DNA from: Geosiphon pyriformis uo1
Lineage: Eukaryota; Fungi; Glomeromycota
Direction: 5' to 3'
DNA: 64,000 nucleotides
NCBI GenBank assembly: GCA_016748015.1
Contig: JAAOMT010000109.1
Coordinates: 269,820-333,819 of the forward strand
In this document: piece after piece, positions 1 through 13,200 of the stretch
Layout of the letters: every line of letters starts with the position of its first letter
How positions within the stretch are numbered: the first letter of the stretch is position 1
Made by a program: the position numbers and the translations under genes
The notes under the pieces: model-generated
What the model was told of the DNA's origin: nothing
Databases searched by the model: none
Seen by the model: the letters and a program-made list of their open reading frames with translations, nothing else

Positions 1-820
1 CTTTTTGGAAAGAATAGTGACAGAGATATTTATGAGACTGATCTCGCATATTGAATCCTTACTAATTTAATTTACTCATTAAAGTTGAATTACCCTTTTA
101 TTATTTTATTGTAATACAATACTGTTTTCCCTTGCTATCTATTAGCATGTTACCTTTGACTGTAACAATATAAATCTTACTAATCAAATTGTAAAAAAAG
201 GGGTAAAGTTCAACAAAATTTACAAATTTCACTTTTTAAAATCAAAAGTCATGTAAAGTAAGATAGAATGGTCTCAACCAAATTTTCTTAAAAATTATCT
301 ATTGTGCTGTTTAATTAAAGAATTTGAGCCAATAATTTTAAATTTTTGTAAAGTTACTTTTGAAATTTTTTGATTTAATCTGCAAAATAATAATTTTTGG
401 ATAAAATTTTTTCAGCAAAAAATAATAATAAATGTTTAAAACTGCGGCCAGGCTTCCCTTTTTTATATAGTTAAGTTCAATACATAATAATGATGAAAGT
501 TTTTCGCCCTAAAACTCAAATGCCTAACCGGAGGGGGGGGGGGGAGCCAACATAAATAACTGTGTTTAAGGGCGCGTAAAAATTTTTGGATCATAAAATT
601 TCAAATATTAGGCCCCTGAAAAAATCAAAAAAAGGGTCCAAAACACGTCCAAGTTTATATTTCAAAAAAAAGAAAAACAAATCATTCGATATAAAATCTG
701 CTGACATCATCAATTTTTCTCATATTATATATACTCTTGCCGTAATTTACAAATTTCAAAAGTCAGATTTCAAAAGTCAAATTTCAAACTCATAAAACTT
801 AAACACGTACTATAAGCTTC

Positions 821-2009
821 ATGTATCGTAGGGTTTACTACAAAAAATACCTAAGGTTCTATAGTGATGAAGCTGTCTCTTATACACATCTTGGTTACTT
901 CTAAAAATCTAGATGGCGAAAGATCTGCAGAGAGTGAACGAGAAAAAAAGACATTGAGAGCCGAAAAACCAAATGACCCAAACAATTTGGTGGATACCTG
1001 GCAAAGCATAGCATGGGATAACGGGGCCAAAAAAACAAAGGTGATATCGACTCCTTTCTGTGAAAAGGAGACCGATAGTGATAAAATCCTCCTAATGGAG
1101 GAGAAAACTGATGAGACGAGGCAAGCTATTGAAGAAAATCTAGAAGACGCAGAAAATCTAGAAGACGAAGAAAACCTAGCAGACGAAGGAAATCTAGAAG
1201 GCGAAGGAAATCTGGAGCGCAAAGAAAATCTAGCAGACGAAGAAAATCTAGAACGCAAAGAAAATCTAGAAGACGAAGGAAATCTGGAGCGCAAAAAAAA
1301 TCTAGCAGACGAAGAAAATCTAGCAGACGAAGAAGATCTAGAAGACGAAGAAGATCTAGAAGACGAAGAAAACCTAGCAGACGAAGAAAATCTAGAACGC
1401 AAAGAAAATCTAGAACGCAAAGAAAATCTGGCAGACGAAGAAAATTTAGAACGCAAAGAAAATCTAGAAGACGAAGAAAATTTAGAACGCAAAGGAAATG
1501 AAAGTGAAGTAATTATGGAAAATAATAAAAATAAGATTACTCAACTGAGAGTGATTGAAGAAAAAACATTAAAAGTTCATCAAGAAATGGGAATATCGAG
1601 CGTTAATAATAAGGAAAATAATAATATTGAAGAGTCATCAGGAAGTATTGAAGGAGAAACAATAATGGAAAAGGGTTCTGAAAATAGAGATTTGGATAGT
1701 AAAGTAAATGAACTGAAAATGGCCAGAAAGGAATCACTGATACAAAATCACAATGAGGAGATTNNNNNNNNNNNNNNNNNNNNNNNNNNNNNNNNNNNNN
1801 NNNNNNNNNNNNNNNNNNNNNNNNNNNNNNNNNNNNNNNNNNNNNNNNNNNNNNNNNNNNNNNNNNNNNNNNNNNNNNNNNNNNNNNNNNNNAAATTAAA
1901 TATTGATGACTTTAGGAAAAGAAAATCGGATATTGAAGTGGATAGGTGGGTAGGAAGCAGGAAGAAGCAACACCTTGATTCAAAAGACAGAAAATTCAAT
2001 ACCAAATAG
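821..2009 (+). CDS. Low-complexity acidic/basic repeat protein, 5' part (interrupted by adapter, N gap and tandem array; possibly a pseudogene)
   Basis: ORF 864..2009 in the track. Removing the 19-bp Tn5 ME (873-891) joins ATG 821 (MYRRVYYKKYLRFYSDE) in frame to VVTSKNLDGE. Contains 20 six-residue repeats and the gap 1764-1892. No domain recognised. Confidence 0.5.
873..891 (+). other. Tn5 mosaic end / Nextera adapter sequence (library artefact)
   Basis: Exact CTGTCTCTTATACACATCT, 19/19 identical to the Tn5 ME. Confidence 0.93.
1134..1493 (+). repeat. Coding minisatellite, 20 x 18 bp
   Basis: Unit GAAAATCTAG(A/C)AGACGAA or GAAAATCTAGAACGCAAA, encoding ENL(E/A)DE or ENLERK. Confidence 0.95.
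1764..1892. other. Assembly gap
   Basis: Run of N. Confidence 1.
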
Positions 2010-3505
2010 AAAAAAAAATAAATCTAAATCATCCCTGGAAGCAAATAAAAAGAAAAAATAGAAAAAAATCATCTTCCAAGTCGACGACCAGGGTAAAAAA
2101 GCGTATCAACCAAGGTGTCAAACAGCATTCTTGAACACCAGAGGTGGGTAGGAAGCAGCAAGAAGCAACACCTTGATTCAAAAGACAGAAAATTCAATAC
2201 CAAATAGAAAAAAAAATAAATCTAAATCATCCCTGGAAGCAAATAAAAAGAAAAAATAGAAAAAAATCATCTTCCAAGTCGACGACCAGGGTAAAAAAGC
2301 GTATCAACCAAGGTGTCAAACAGCATTCTTGAACACCAGAGGTGGGTAGGAAGCAGCAAGAAGCAACACCTTGATTCAAAGTCAGAAAATTCAATACCAA
2401 AGAGAAAAAAAAATAAATCTAAATCATCCCTGGAAGCAAATAAAAAGAAAAAATAGAAAAAAAATCATCTTCCAAGTCGACGACCAGGGCAAAAAAGCGT
2501 ATCAAACAAGGTGTCAAACAGCATTCTTGAACACCAGAGCAACACCTTGATTCAAAGACAGAAAATTCAATACCAAAAAGAAAAATAAATAAATCTAAAT
2601 CACCCTTGGAAGCAAATAAAAAGAAAAAATAGAAAAAAAAATCATCTTCCATGTCGGCGACCAGGGCAAAAAAGCGTATCAACCAAGGTGTCAAACAGCA
2701 TTCTTGAACACCAGAGGTGGGTAGGAAGCAGCAAGAAGCAACACCTTGATTCAAAGACCGAGAATTCAATACCAAAGAGAAAAAAAATAAATCTAAATGA
2801 TCCCTGGAAGCAAATAATAATCTTCCAAGTCGACGACCAGGGCAAAAAAGCGTATCAACCAAGGTGTCAAACAGCATTCTTGAACACCAGAGGTGGGTAG
2901 GAGGCAGCAAGAAGCAACACCTTGATTCAAAGACCGAGAATTCAATACCAAAGAGAAAAAAAATAAATCTAAATGATCCCTGGAAGCAAATAATAATCTT
3001 CCAAGTCGACGACCAGGGCAAAAAAGCGTATCAACCAAGGTGTCAAACAGCATTCTTGAACACCAGAGGTGGGTAGGAGGCAGCAAGAAGCAACACCTTG
3101 ATTCAAAGACCGAGAATTCAATACCAAAGAGAAAAAAAATAAATCTAAATGATCCCTGGAAGCAAATAATAATCTTCCAAGTCGACGACCAGGGCAAAAA
3201 AGCGTATCAACCAAGGTGTCAAACAGCATTCTTGAACACCAGAGGTGGGTAGGAGGCAGCAAGAAGCAACACCTTGATTCAAAGACCGAGAATTCAATAC
3301 CAAAGAGAAAAAAAATAAATCTAAATGATCCCTGGAAGCAAATAATAATCTTCCAAGTCGACGACCAGGGCAAAAAAGCGTATCAACCAAGGTGTCAATC
3401 AGCATTCTGGAACATCAGAACGGGTTAGCGACAGCCAAATAAGCGTATCAACCAAGGTGTCAAACAGCATTCTGGAACACCAGAACGGGTTAGCGACAGC
3501 CAAAT
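1944..3505 (+). repeat. Tandem array: 8 units of 198/177/176 bp plus a terminal 65-bp duplication
   Basis: Unit starts (AGGTGGGTAGG) at 1944, 2142, 2340, 2538 (22-nt deletion), 2715, 2891, 3067 and 3243. The 65-bp duplication is 3376-3440/3441-3505. Confidence 0.95.
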
Positions 3506-3866
3506 GACTATACAAACTACAGATAACTATAATCCCTCTGAAAATGCTCTAAACAGTGATAACAGTCCTACCAATCTAGCGATTCGAAACCCAAACAAAG
3601 ATTTCAAATTGAAATTAAGGGTTTCTTCGTCAACAATGCGGGTAACTGAAGCCCGGTTTCATCCAAAGGTCGAAAACAAAGGGGAAGACCACGAGATGGA
3701 AGATTATGAGAGTGAGGAGCAATTTCAGAGGGGTACTTTGAGTGGTCCTCATAGAACAAAGCGTCAAGGAACTTCGAGTTCAAGGGGCAACAGGCAGAGG
3801 GGAAATCCTTTGGGAAAATCCCACAAAATGATAACTCGTTCCCAAAGAGCAAATGCTATTTCTTGA
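3441..3866 (+). CDS. 3' part of the repeat-disrupted gene (KRINQGVKQHSGTPERVSDSQ-MTIQTT...MITRSQRANAIS)
   Basis: ORF 3504..3866 extends upstream without a stop into the last repeat sub-unit. Coding-like GC ends at TGA 3866. Confidence 0.45.
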   Translation, partial: KRINQGVKQHSGTPERVSDSQMTIQTTDNYNPSENALNSDNSPTNLAIRNPNKDFKLKLRVSSSTMRVTEARFHPKVENKGEDHEMEDYESEEQFQRGTLSGPHRTKRQGTSSSRGNRQRGNPLGKSHKMITRSQRANAIS

Positions 3867-4598
3867 AAGTCTGGCAGTTGCCCTGAACTATTTTTTTTGG
3901 TCGCTTTGTTTTTATGTCATCACCGAATATTTTAGTCTTTATAATTAGTAAATTTCATAATCTGTTTTATTTCTTCTGTATTATAGCCAAAAAAATTAAT
4001 ATTTCTTCTGTATTAAAGCCAAAAAAATCAATACAATTATTCCAATATTTTGGAAATTTTGATCTTTGCAGATTAAATTTATCCGTAGCAAAACAAATTT
4101 AAAAATATGTTTACGAAAATAATTTAGCAAAAAGGTATTGTAGTTTTGGGCATTTGAAAGTGTTGTCTTTCTAATCATATTTCTATTTTTAACTCATTCT
4201 AATTTAAAATGGTTTCTTTTGGGGTACACCAAAATGGTGCTAATTTTTATTATAGGAATTGAAACGAAACAATCAAATCCTAGTAGATAGCTAATTATGT
4301 AACATCATAAACAGGCATAACACAGCAAATGATCAAATGTTTGATTATGATAAAAATTTTAAAAAATAACTTTCACAAACCCGAATATTAGTCATATATT
4401 ACATCTTTCTTTGGTGTTACTGTCTTGGCTGATTAACTTTTAAAGAAAAATTTGAATAATCAAATTTTGAACCTACCAAATGAAACAATTAACCCTTTAG
4501 ACACTATTGTCCAAAATCTTCATCCACTCTAAGTTTGATAAATATTTAAAATTACATAGAGAAAATTTAAAGCTAATATATAATTCAATATAATTGGA

Positions 4599-5390
4599 CT
4601 AGATTACAAAATTGATACAAGAAAGAAGTAAAGTAAAATTTATTCCCCAAAAGATTGATGGGTTGATTCTAATAGATGAATTAGATGAATCAGTTGGGCT
4701 CGAGGTTTCACTAGTTGTAGTGGTCGTAGTTGTTGAAGAAGAGTCGTCAGTAGTAGTAGTAGTAGTAGTAGTAGAAGTGTCAGTTGAAGTTGAAGTATCA
4801 GTTGGAGTTGAAGTGTCAGTTGAAGTTTCGGAAGTTATAGTAGTGGTGGTGGCGGCTCCACCTTGGTCCTGACTGCTTTGATTCTGACCACTTTGATCCT
4901 GACCGCTTTGATTGGAATTGCTTCCCGAAAATGTTCCTGAAGTTCCTTGAATCGTAAATAAACCCGAGAATTGGTTATATGATTCAGAGACAAATTGAAT
5001 GTGACTAGAGTATAAAATTTCGTGATTAGTTTGATTTCACATAAATACAGTGCAAGAACTTAATTATTTAATTACTTACTAGTACATTCCTGGAGGTCCC
5101 AAATCCTGTTTAACAGTGTACATAACTTTTCCATCTGTTGCTTTAACACCAGTGGCAACAGTATCTACTACATTGAACGGTGGTTTTAACGGTGGGTTTC
5201 CGCCTATAATTTGGATTTGTAAATCACCAATATCTTGAATTCTGGGTGGCGTTCCATTATCTATCCATGTGATGGGTACAGTAGAGCCTGCTTGCCAAAC
5301 AGTTGCACCATATGGTGATGTGCAATAAAGCTCTCCATCAACCGCGCCGGCGAAGATGAAAGCAACAAGTATGAAAAGGTCGAAAATCAT
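4599..5390 (-). CDS. GPI-anchored Ser/Thr-rich cell-wall protein (Kre9/Knh1-like N-terminal Ig-like domain, PF10342-like)
   Basis: Exons 5390-5080 and 5004-4599 (GTAAGT...CTAG intron, in frame). Signal peptide, TSPYGATVWQAGSTVPITW and YHIQF...FSGLFTI motifs, Thr/Ser tract, hydrophobic C-terminus (IFWGINFTLLLSCINFVI*). Confidence 0.88.
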
Positions 5391-7884
5391 TGGGATTTTG
5401 GTGATGAGTGCAGAATTTTTAAATTTGAATATGCAAAGTTTTTTACAGATACTTTAGAATCTGGAAAGTTTGTGCATTTATATAACTTTTTCTCGTAAAA
5501 GATTTATATACGGAATTTTGTAACAAAGTTTGGTTAGTAAATAAAATATTTTGATGTAGTTATGATGTACATTGTTTGCTTTCTGGTTGATGAGATCAAA
5601 GGAAGTAAATGTATCTTGGGAGGTTTCAGTCCTGGAGTGAATTTAATGGAAATCGAGAATAAAACTCAGCCAGTGACGTTTCTGAACGTCATAACATTGA
5701 TTGCTTTGCAAATATAAGGTTAGAAAGTTAGTGTTCACAAAGAATTGGCGGTTTAAAATTGCTTGAATTCAAGGAGTTGCAATACCTTTTTTGTCGATAG
5801 GCTTTTTTTTTTTACCAATTGTGAAGGGGATAAGTGTATTTGGGGGGTAAAGCGATGATCAATATATGCGATTATCAATATATGTGATTAAATGAAATGA
5901 TCAAATAATGATGAAAATACTTGATCAGCACATTCCTTATTAGTAATTCATTGTTCATATGTGGTGAGATCACTAGAAAAATCCGGTCTTGTGCGTAAAT
6001 TCCATCGAGGCAAGATTTCTGGGCAAACTTTGAGTCTGTTCTTTATCCTTATAACAGTTCCAAGGTTTGCATCTAATAGGTCATTTAACAGAAATTATTA
6101 GGTAATGAAAGCAAAAGTTGTAGAGTGGCCGTTTTTTTTGTTGAGATTTTCAATTGGTAATTATTAATAGGGATGAAATATAATATAACATAAAAATTAT
6201 CATTGGGGAAGCTAATTTAAAATCCAAATATAAAGAATTAGTGATTTTGCTAAAGTTTATCAAATAAATTATGAACTCAATCCTATTAACGATTTTTATG
6301 TTACTGCAAGGAAAATCTTGTATTTCCCCAAATTGCAAATCGTCATTATTTCCCTTTCCGTTTCTTATTCGGGCAATTTAGCCAATGTGGTTTATTTAAT
6401 AAAATAAATCGACTATCTAAGAAAATTTTATCTATATGAAAAAAAAATTTTCTAAGAATTGAAAACAAATTAATGAATAGATCACTTTTTAAAAGGAAAT
6501 AAAGTTATACATAACACGACAATGCTCTTTTTACATTGATGTTTGGTCACTGGTTGATGAGAAAACCTGTTTAGAGTAATAAATATATATGTTAAAAAAC
6601 TTTTTTCTTAAAATTACTTATTTATTTATTTATAAAATTACTGATTACACAATTAATGTAACATAAATTTTTATAATTTTGGGAGTATTTTTTTTTTTTT
6701 TAAAACACATTCTAAGTTAAACGTGGTGTTTTTTACAATTTTGTAAACTTAATTTAACATACATAATTGTTTGTTATTTTATTTAGAATTATGCCTTATA
6801 AAGATTTTTTTACATTTTGTAAATCTTTGCCTAAAATTCTTATTTATTATAAAATTACGACAACAATTTTTAAAAATATTTAAAATTAGTATACATAATA
6901 AATTGCAATAAATATAAATATAATATAATCATATTTTTTTTTAATATAAATTAGTAATTTATTTTAAATTTTTTTAGCTTACTAAATTGGTATTAGTTTA
7001 TTTATTTTAGAATATATATTGAAAATTCTGGGGATTTAAATATAATACGCAGTATTAATATACTGAGTTATATATATATTTATATATATTAAAAATTGTT
7101 AGTTAATTGTCTTAATGTAAAGTGATTTTAAATATATGTTAAAAAAAAAATTCTGCTAAAATATTTAAAAATCCAAATAAGTAAATTTTTAATCAACTCG
7201 ATTGAAATGATATTTGAATCGAGTTTTTGTTTCAATTATCATACTTATCAAAAATCATACAAATTCAAAAAATATAAATACACATTGAAAAAAATTACTA
7301 ATTATATAGATTTAATAAAATTATTAAATAGAATTACTAATTTTAAATAAAAAGATTGTACTTTATTATATGAGAATTTAAAATCAAAAAGTTATAAAAT
7401 AAATACTGCTTAATTACACTAAATTAATATATTATATTAAAATAAATCAATAATTAGTGAAATCTTTGAATGATCTTAAATTAATTTACAAAAAATTCTT
7501 GACTACAATTTTTTGGAATATTGGTAATTTATAAATTATAATATTTTGTACAAGTACTTCAAAAATATATATTAACATTTTTTAAATATTTCAATGGTTA
7601 ACGAAATATCGTGGTTTATTTGCAAAATCATAATAACATTGTTTTATAATTTTAATATCGCAAAAATCTAAACACTATCATAATTTAAAAAACCAACCCA
7701 TCAAAATAGAATTTCAGCATTTATTTAAAAGCGAGTTTTTTAGCTCTGTATTTATAAAAAAATTTCTTTCATATTAATCGAATACATTTATTATCACAAA
7801 CAAAAATATATAAAAGTTCTATAAAAAAAATATCTTTTAGTCATTAAACTTTCCTCGTTCAAACTTATAATTTCCACATATTCA

Positions 7885-7885
<1 letters not shown>

Positions 7886-7929
<44 letters not shown>
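7886..7929. repeat. (AAT)n microsatellite
   Basis: Direct read. Confidence 0.9.
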
Positions 7930-7930
<1 letters not shown>

Positions 7931-8378
7931 GACCATTCTATAGTAATAGTAACTCCAGTAAATTTAATAAATTGAAATTTTCAGAAATAAATTAACGATT
8001 TATCCCAACTTTCTTAAAAATAAATTAGAGAAAAAACGTCATGGTATTGTTAAGTTGGTAAATTTTTTAGTGAGAACCAAAAATCTCTGGCTTTTTGACA
8101 TATTACTTGTGTTTGGATCTAGATTATTAGTTTTGAACATTTTAAAAATTCTATTAGTTCTATGATCTATGATTATTCTATATTATATATATACGAGAAT
8201 GCTGTATGAACGTGTATTATAAACAAATGTGTATGAAAATGCAATGATTGAAATTTGGTTCAAAAAGCTTGAAGCTTTTCAATTTTATAGTTGGAAAAAT
8301 GAATTAACCAAAGAAAATTTTGGAAGCTCAATTTTCGTGTAATAGATTAATGTCGAAATTTATCTATTGATTCTGTTC

Positions 8379-10233
8379 TCAACAATGGGAAAAAGTCTTG
8401 TCGGTTTTATGAGAGTGGGATTTGGGATTAATACCACGACTAACTGTCTTTGATCTTAACCTGTTATCGTCTAATTGAAGCCAATTCTTTAATGCGTTTC
8501 TCGCACCTAATCGAGCATCTTTCAATGATTGCCAGTCAACGGATGTTGGGGTTCGTAGATCCGTGACGTGAGAGCCGCCTTTGATCACAAAAATCGGAGA
8601 ATCATCCGTACTGGTACGACCAGCACCGCTCACGGTCAACGGATACCATGGATCGCTATCCCCATTGACGAACACCACGCGATCAATTGAAATATCGTTG
8701 CCGCCATAGAGAGTATTGACAAAATCGACATTAGGAGATTTGTTTGGAGCATCAGGCCAAAGGTAATTACATTGATTTTGATACCAGGTTGCATTAACTA
8801 ATTTTGACCGAAGGCGAAGGCTTGGAGGTTGAGGAGGCGTTTGGTAAAAACCATAGTAATTGCAGTACTAAGAAAAGATACAATTCTTCTTATTAGCATT
8901 TCTAAACCTTTTTTATGAAGCAAAATGCTTAATAAAAAATGGACGTGGATGACACAAACCTGCCACATCCATGATATCTGATTATTTCGTCCAGCAGTAG
9001 ATAAAGCTGTGGTGGAGTAAGCGTTTCTGATGTCATCAGCTGTTGTGTAATTAAATACTTTCAAGAAGTATTTTGTTGTTAGTGCATAAGTGCCTGCATA
9101 TCCATTTGGCGTTTTATCAACCGTTGATTCAAATGCGAAACAATAGCTATCGATTAGGTCTGGTTGATTAGATGGAGATGGAAAATAATTTCCAACTAAA
9201 CGATTAAATTGATCATTTAAGGCAGATGCAAAATCGCCATTGTCTTCCAATACGCCCAAACCAAACTGCTTTTTCAGTTCGTTAATAGCTGTAGAATTTT
9301 TCGAATCCAACACTGAATCAATGTATTCGATTGCTTTACCAGCCAAATCACGACATGGAAGCCTGTTGGCAATTACTTGATCATATTCAAAAAAGTCAAG
9401 TTCGGCTTTGAGAGGTGCTGATGATGAATATGCTGCAAATACGAGGTCTGGATATTTTTTCCGCATCCACGCAGCCAGCATTCCAGAATATGAGCCACCA
9501 ACTGTGATCCATCTAGAGTTATAAGGAATAATAATTGGATTGTATGGAGGATGACGAATAAAATTGGCAACATCTTGGAGTGCTAATTCGGTGGTGAGAT
9601 ATTTCAAATTAGCAGCTGACAGATTGTTGATCTCGGGATAACTTTCACCATAGAAACGATGCTCGAGGCATATAAAAAGGGCACCCAAATCTGCTGCCAG
9701 TTCACTAAAACCACTATACATAACTGTCGCTTGTTTAGACCCACTTTCACCTGATGCGTGAACTTAAGAAAAAAATAAGGCAAAAGTAAGAAAAGATTTC
9801 TAGATATGAATAATAATAATAATAATTTACAGAAATTGATTCATGACTCACTTAGAATCGGACCACCAGGTTTCCAAAATGTAGAATTTACAAAGAACCT
9901 TTGTTTGAATACACCTAGGGTGGGATTCTGATGATTGATCAGTTGCGTATAATAAAAGGCAGTTGTTGGTACTGATTCTACTCCAGGTTGAAAATTAACC
10001 GCTTCGTCTAACCTATCCCACACTCTTTATAAAGGCCAATTAAAAGTTTAAAATTCAATTAAATAGAAAAAGTCCACAAATCCGAATCTCGGCAAAAAAT
10101 AAGCAACATACCCATTATCTTCAGGTTTAGTTACTGGGCTCCAAGGTAACGCATCAACCAAAAAGACGTTCAGAATCATCACTAACAGAATGAACATGTT
10201 ATGACGTTTATCAGATAATGTAATCATCATCAT
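8379..10233 (-). CDS. Secreted serine peptidase, family S28 (PRCP / thymus-specific serine protease-like)
   Basis: Exons 10233 (or ATG 10197)-10112, 10024-9852, 9762-8960 and 8867-8379, all GT-AG and in frame. Motifs: LEHRFYGES, QALxD-like ELALQDVANF, nucleophile GGSYSG, WQYC, NGDSDPW (Asp), GGSHVTD (His). Signal peptide MFILLVMILNVFLVDA. Confidence 0.93.
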
Positions 10234-13200
10234 TTCTTATAGCTTTGATTTGAGGATATAAAATGGATATGGATATGGGATATATGCGATATATTTTTGC
10301 AATAAATTAACCAGATGTTTTATTTCGACAACCAATCAATGGTTAAGTTTCTAAAAAGATTATTATTCTTCGATGCGAGAGCAAAATCTAATAAACCATT
10401 TACTAGATTACTCTTTAAAAAAAGGTCGAAATAAAAGATGTAGAATAAAAATCCTGTTGGGGTTGTTGAATATCTCGATCCAATTTTTATACTTTCAAAA
10501 GTAGATTGAGGAAGTGAAAAACTGTATACACGTTGAAAGATCGCCTTTAAAACTCGAAAATTCTCCGCATATTCTAGCATAAATTGCATAACAAAGCTTA
10601 TAAAGGCCAATTTGCCGTATTACAATGATCACACCAAACAAAGCCAAAATTAACAAGATTTCCCAACATGGCTATGATCCTTTGTCCCTGTTGTTGCTAG
10701 TTGTTTTTTTCGTTGTTTTACCTGTTACATGTATCTAGCTGCTGATTGGATTTTCATCTGTTTTAAACAAGCCTTTCTCAAATTTGTTGTGAAATTTATG
10801 CACACGTTTTACAGTGCATTGATCGCTTGCATTGTGTCTGGGTATACGAAACTGAGAAACAGCGTCCTTCCATGTTAAAATGGGATAGGGAAATTTCAAC
10901 ACACGAAAAAGTTCTTATTTCTCTATGTGAGGTGCCTCAAGTACAGCAAATATTGTCTGAAGAATTATGATTGAATGTTCTTTTAGATTTTTACAAATGA
11001 CCGGAAAATCCTTAAAACATTTTTTTTTTCGTCAACACCTAAATTTAGTTACATACAAAAAAAATTACTTAAAGTAGCTTTTCAATATAAACTTTATTTC
11101 CGTTCAGGAAACTTACGACATTGGAATGAAGAACGGTAAATTTTGAACAGTATGATAGATGCCTTAAAGATATTGCATTAAAATCTGTTTTCCATTTTTA
11201 CTCTTATTCATTGGGAGATTTCGGATTGATAAATTTCCAATTGTTGATAAAAAATTTTAACGTCTAAATAAGAAATACTTCCCCCTAATTGATAAAAACC
11301 AATCAGGAGAGGATTTAAGGTATTTCCAATTTAGAAAATGCAAAAATTACAAAAATTTAATTTTTATGTGACACAACTTTGCGAATCTTTAATAACCAGT
11401 ATTTTCGGTTTTTTCCACTAAATAAGAGACCAGTTTTCTTAATGCAGCCACACTAATTACTAGTTTATATCTGCCTTCTTACATAAGCCTCATCCAGAAT
11501 ACATAAATGAAATACTAAATGCTAAAAAAATTGATTTGCGCACTGCCTGAAAAATTATGCCAAGTTCTTGTGTGTTGAAGATTAGCTATTGATATGTTTA
11601 TACAAGGCTTGAATTTCTCAAATGTTCTTTGGCTGCATTTTTATCTGATTTTAAAGTATATGAAACCAAATATTTAAGTTCTTTAAGATTCTTTTGTGTA
11701 AAATTTTTTAGTAAAGTAATAAATATTATAAAGCGTAGAAAGATTAATAGTTGCAAGGAAATCATTGTAATTGTCAATCTTTCAATTAGCTCATGATGAA
11801 TTATATCGTGCTTTGATATAATCTAAACTCGTAAGATTAAAATAGAACGAATAATATTTGTTTTTTAGTATCTTTAATTGTAAGATAACTTTAAATTTTC
11901 TTTTATGTTAATTTTTTGGTTTTCAAATATAATGATTTATTTTATTTAACTTTAAAAAATAATAATAAGTTTAAAACTTTTTTATTGAACTTGTTATATT
12001 TATTTTGTTTTTAATTTTCACATAAAAATAGTAATAACAAATTTACCAATAATAATTTAAAATTTTTTGTTGATTTATCATTAAAAATATTTTTTTATTA
12101 ATATTAAATGTGTAATTTTTTTAAATCATTATTATATATTAATTACTTCTTATATTATTATAAAAAAATAGAATTATTTTATTTTAAATAAAAGAAAATT
12201 AATAAGTATTTTACAATTTAATAAAAATTACAAAATATAAAAATCAGAAATAATAAATTTTTCTTTAAACATTGAAAAAAATAAAATAATAAACATATAT
12301 TTTTTTAAAAAATATTTATTTGTATTATTGTATTTTGGTTTATTTGTTTATTTTATTGACTTATTTATTTATTTTATAATTTATGTATTGACTTATTTAT
12401 TTATTTTATCATTTATATATATTTATTAACTTATTTTGTTTATTTTTTTGTTGATGCTATTATTTATTTTGGTTATTAATTTTCAATAAAATATATGAGA
12501 AAATTTATTTATAATCAAACTTTCTTATTTAATTTATTATTTATTAAACATATAACAAAATAAATAATCATTTTTTTTATAAACATACTTATTATTTAAT
12601 TGAAAAATTAATAAATAAAAAAATAAATAAAAATATAATCAATACTATCTATAATATTTTATATAAAATTAAATTTATTAATTAAAATATTCTACATTCT
12701 AATTTTAAATTTATAAAACATATTATTTTAAATATTCGAATCTAATAGTAAAATTTTTAAAAATTATTATACATAAAACAAATTTTAAAAAATCTTTCAT
12801 TAAATTTTTTGTCTTTCAAAAAATTTTTATTGAGTCTCATAATTAGTTTTTTTTACTATGAAAGTATTCTTATATATTAATTAAAATATTCAACAACATT
12901 TTTATTGAAGATTTTTTCTAACTACCCACCATAATTTTATCATTAATTAAAATTTCTGGTTATCTTTCACAAATATTTGATGAGATCTTTTCATTAATCT
13001 AAATATTATTTATTGGTCAATAAACCTTTTTTACCATTTTTTAATCTCAAAAAATATATTTAAACAGTTCTTTTTGAAAAATTCACTTCTTATTATAATA
13101 CAACATTAAAAAAGACCTTTTCTAAATAGAAACTAGCGCATGAAAAGAACAACCCTCATTTTTATCATCAACGATGTTGCCCTGAAAAAAAAAGATAAAA

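Noticed and set aside
2715-3340. Three TGA codons in one frame of the 176-bp unit, suggesting stop-codon recoding
   Set aside because: The unit length is not a multiple of 3, the ancestral frame is better explained by a mosaic of other frames, and neighbouring genes use TGA as a normal stop.
851-3405. Minus-strand ORFs (Ser/Arg/Phe-rich 213 aa; 134-200 aa repeats) and the repeated 70-aa + ORFs
   Set aside because: They are shadows of the tandem repeats.
1944-3505. CRISPR-like regular array
   Set aside because: Whole units are repeated with no unique spacers. There are no cas genes and the context is eukaryotic.
4612-4872. Val-rich + ORF
   Set aside because: It is the antisense of the Thr/Ser tract of the GPI protein.
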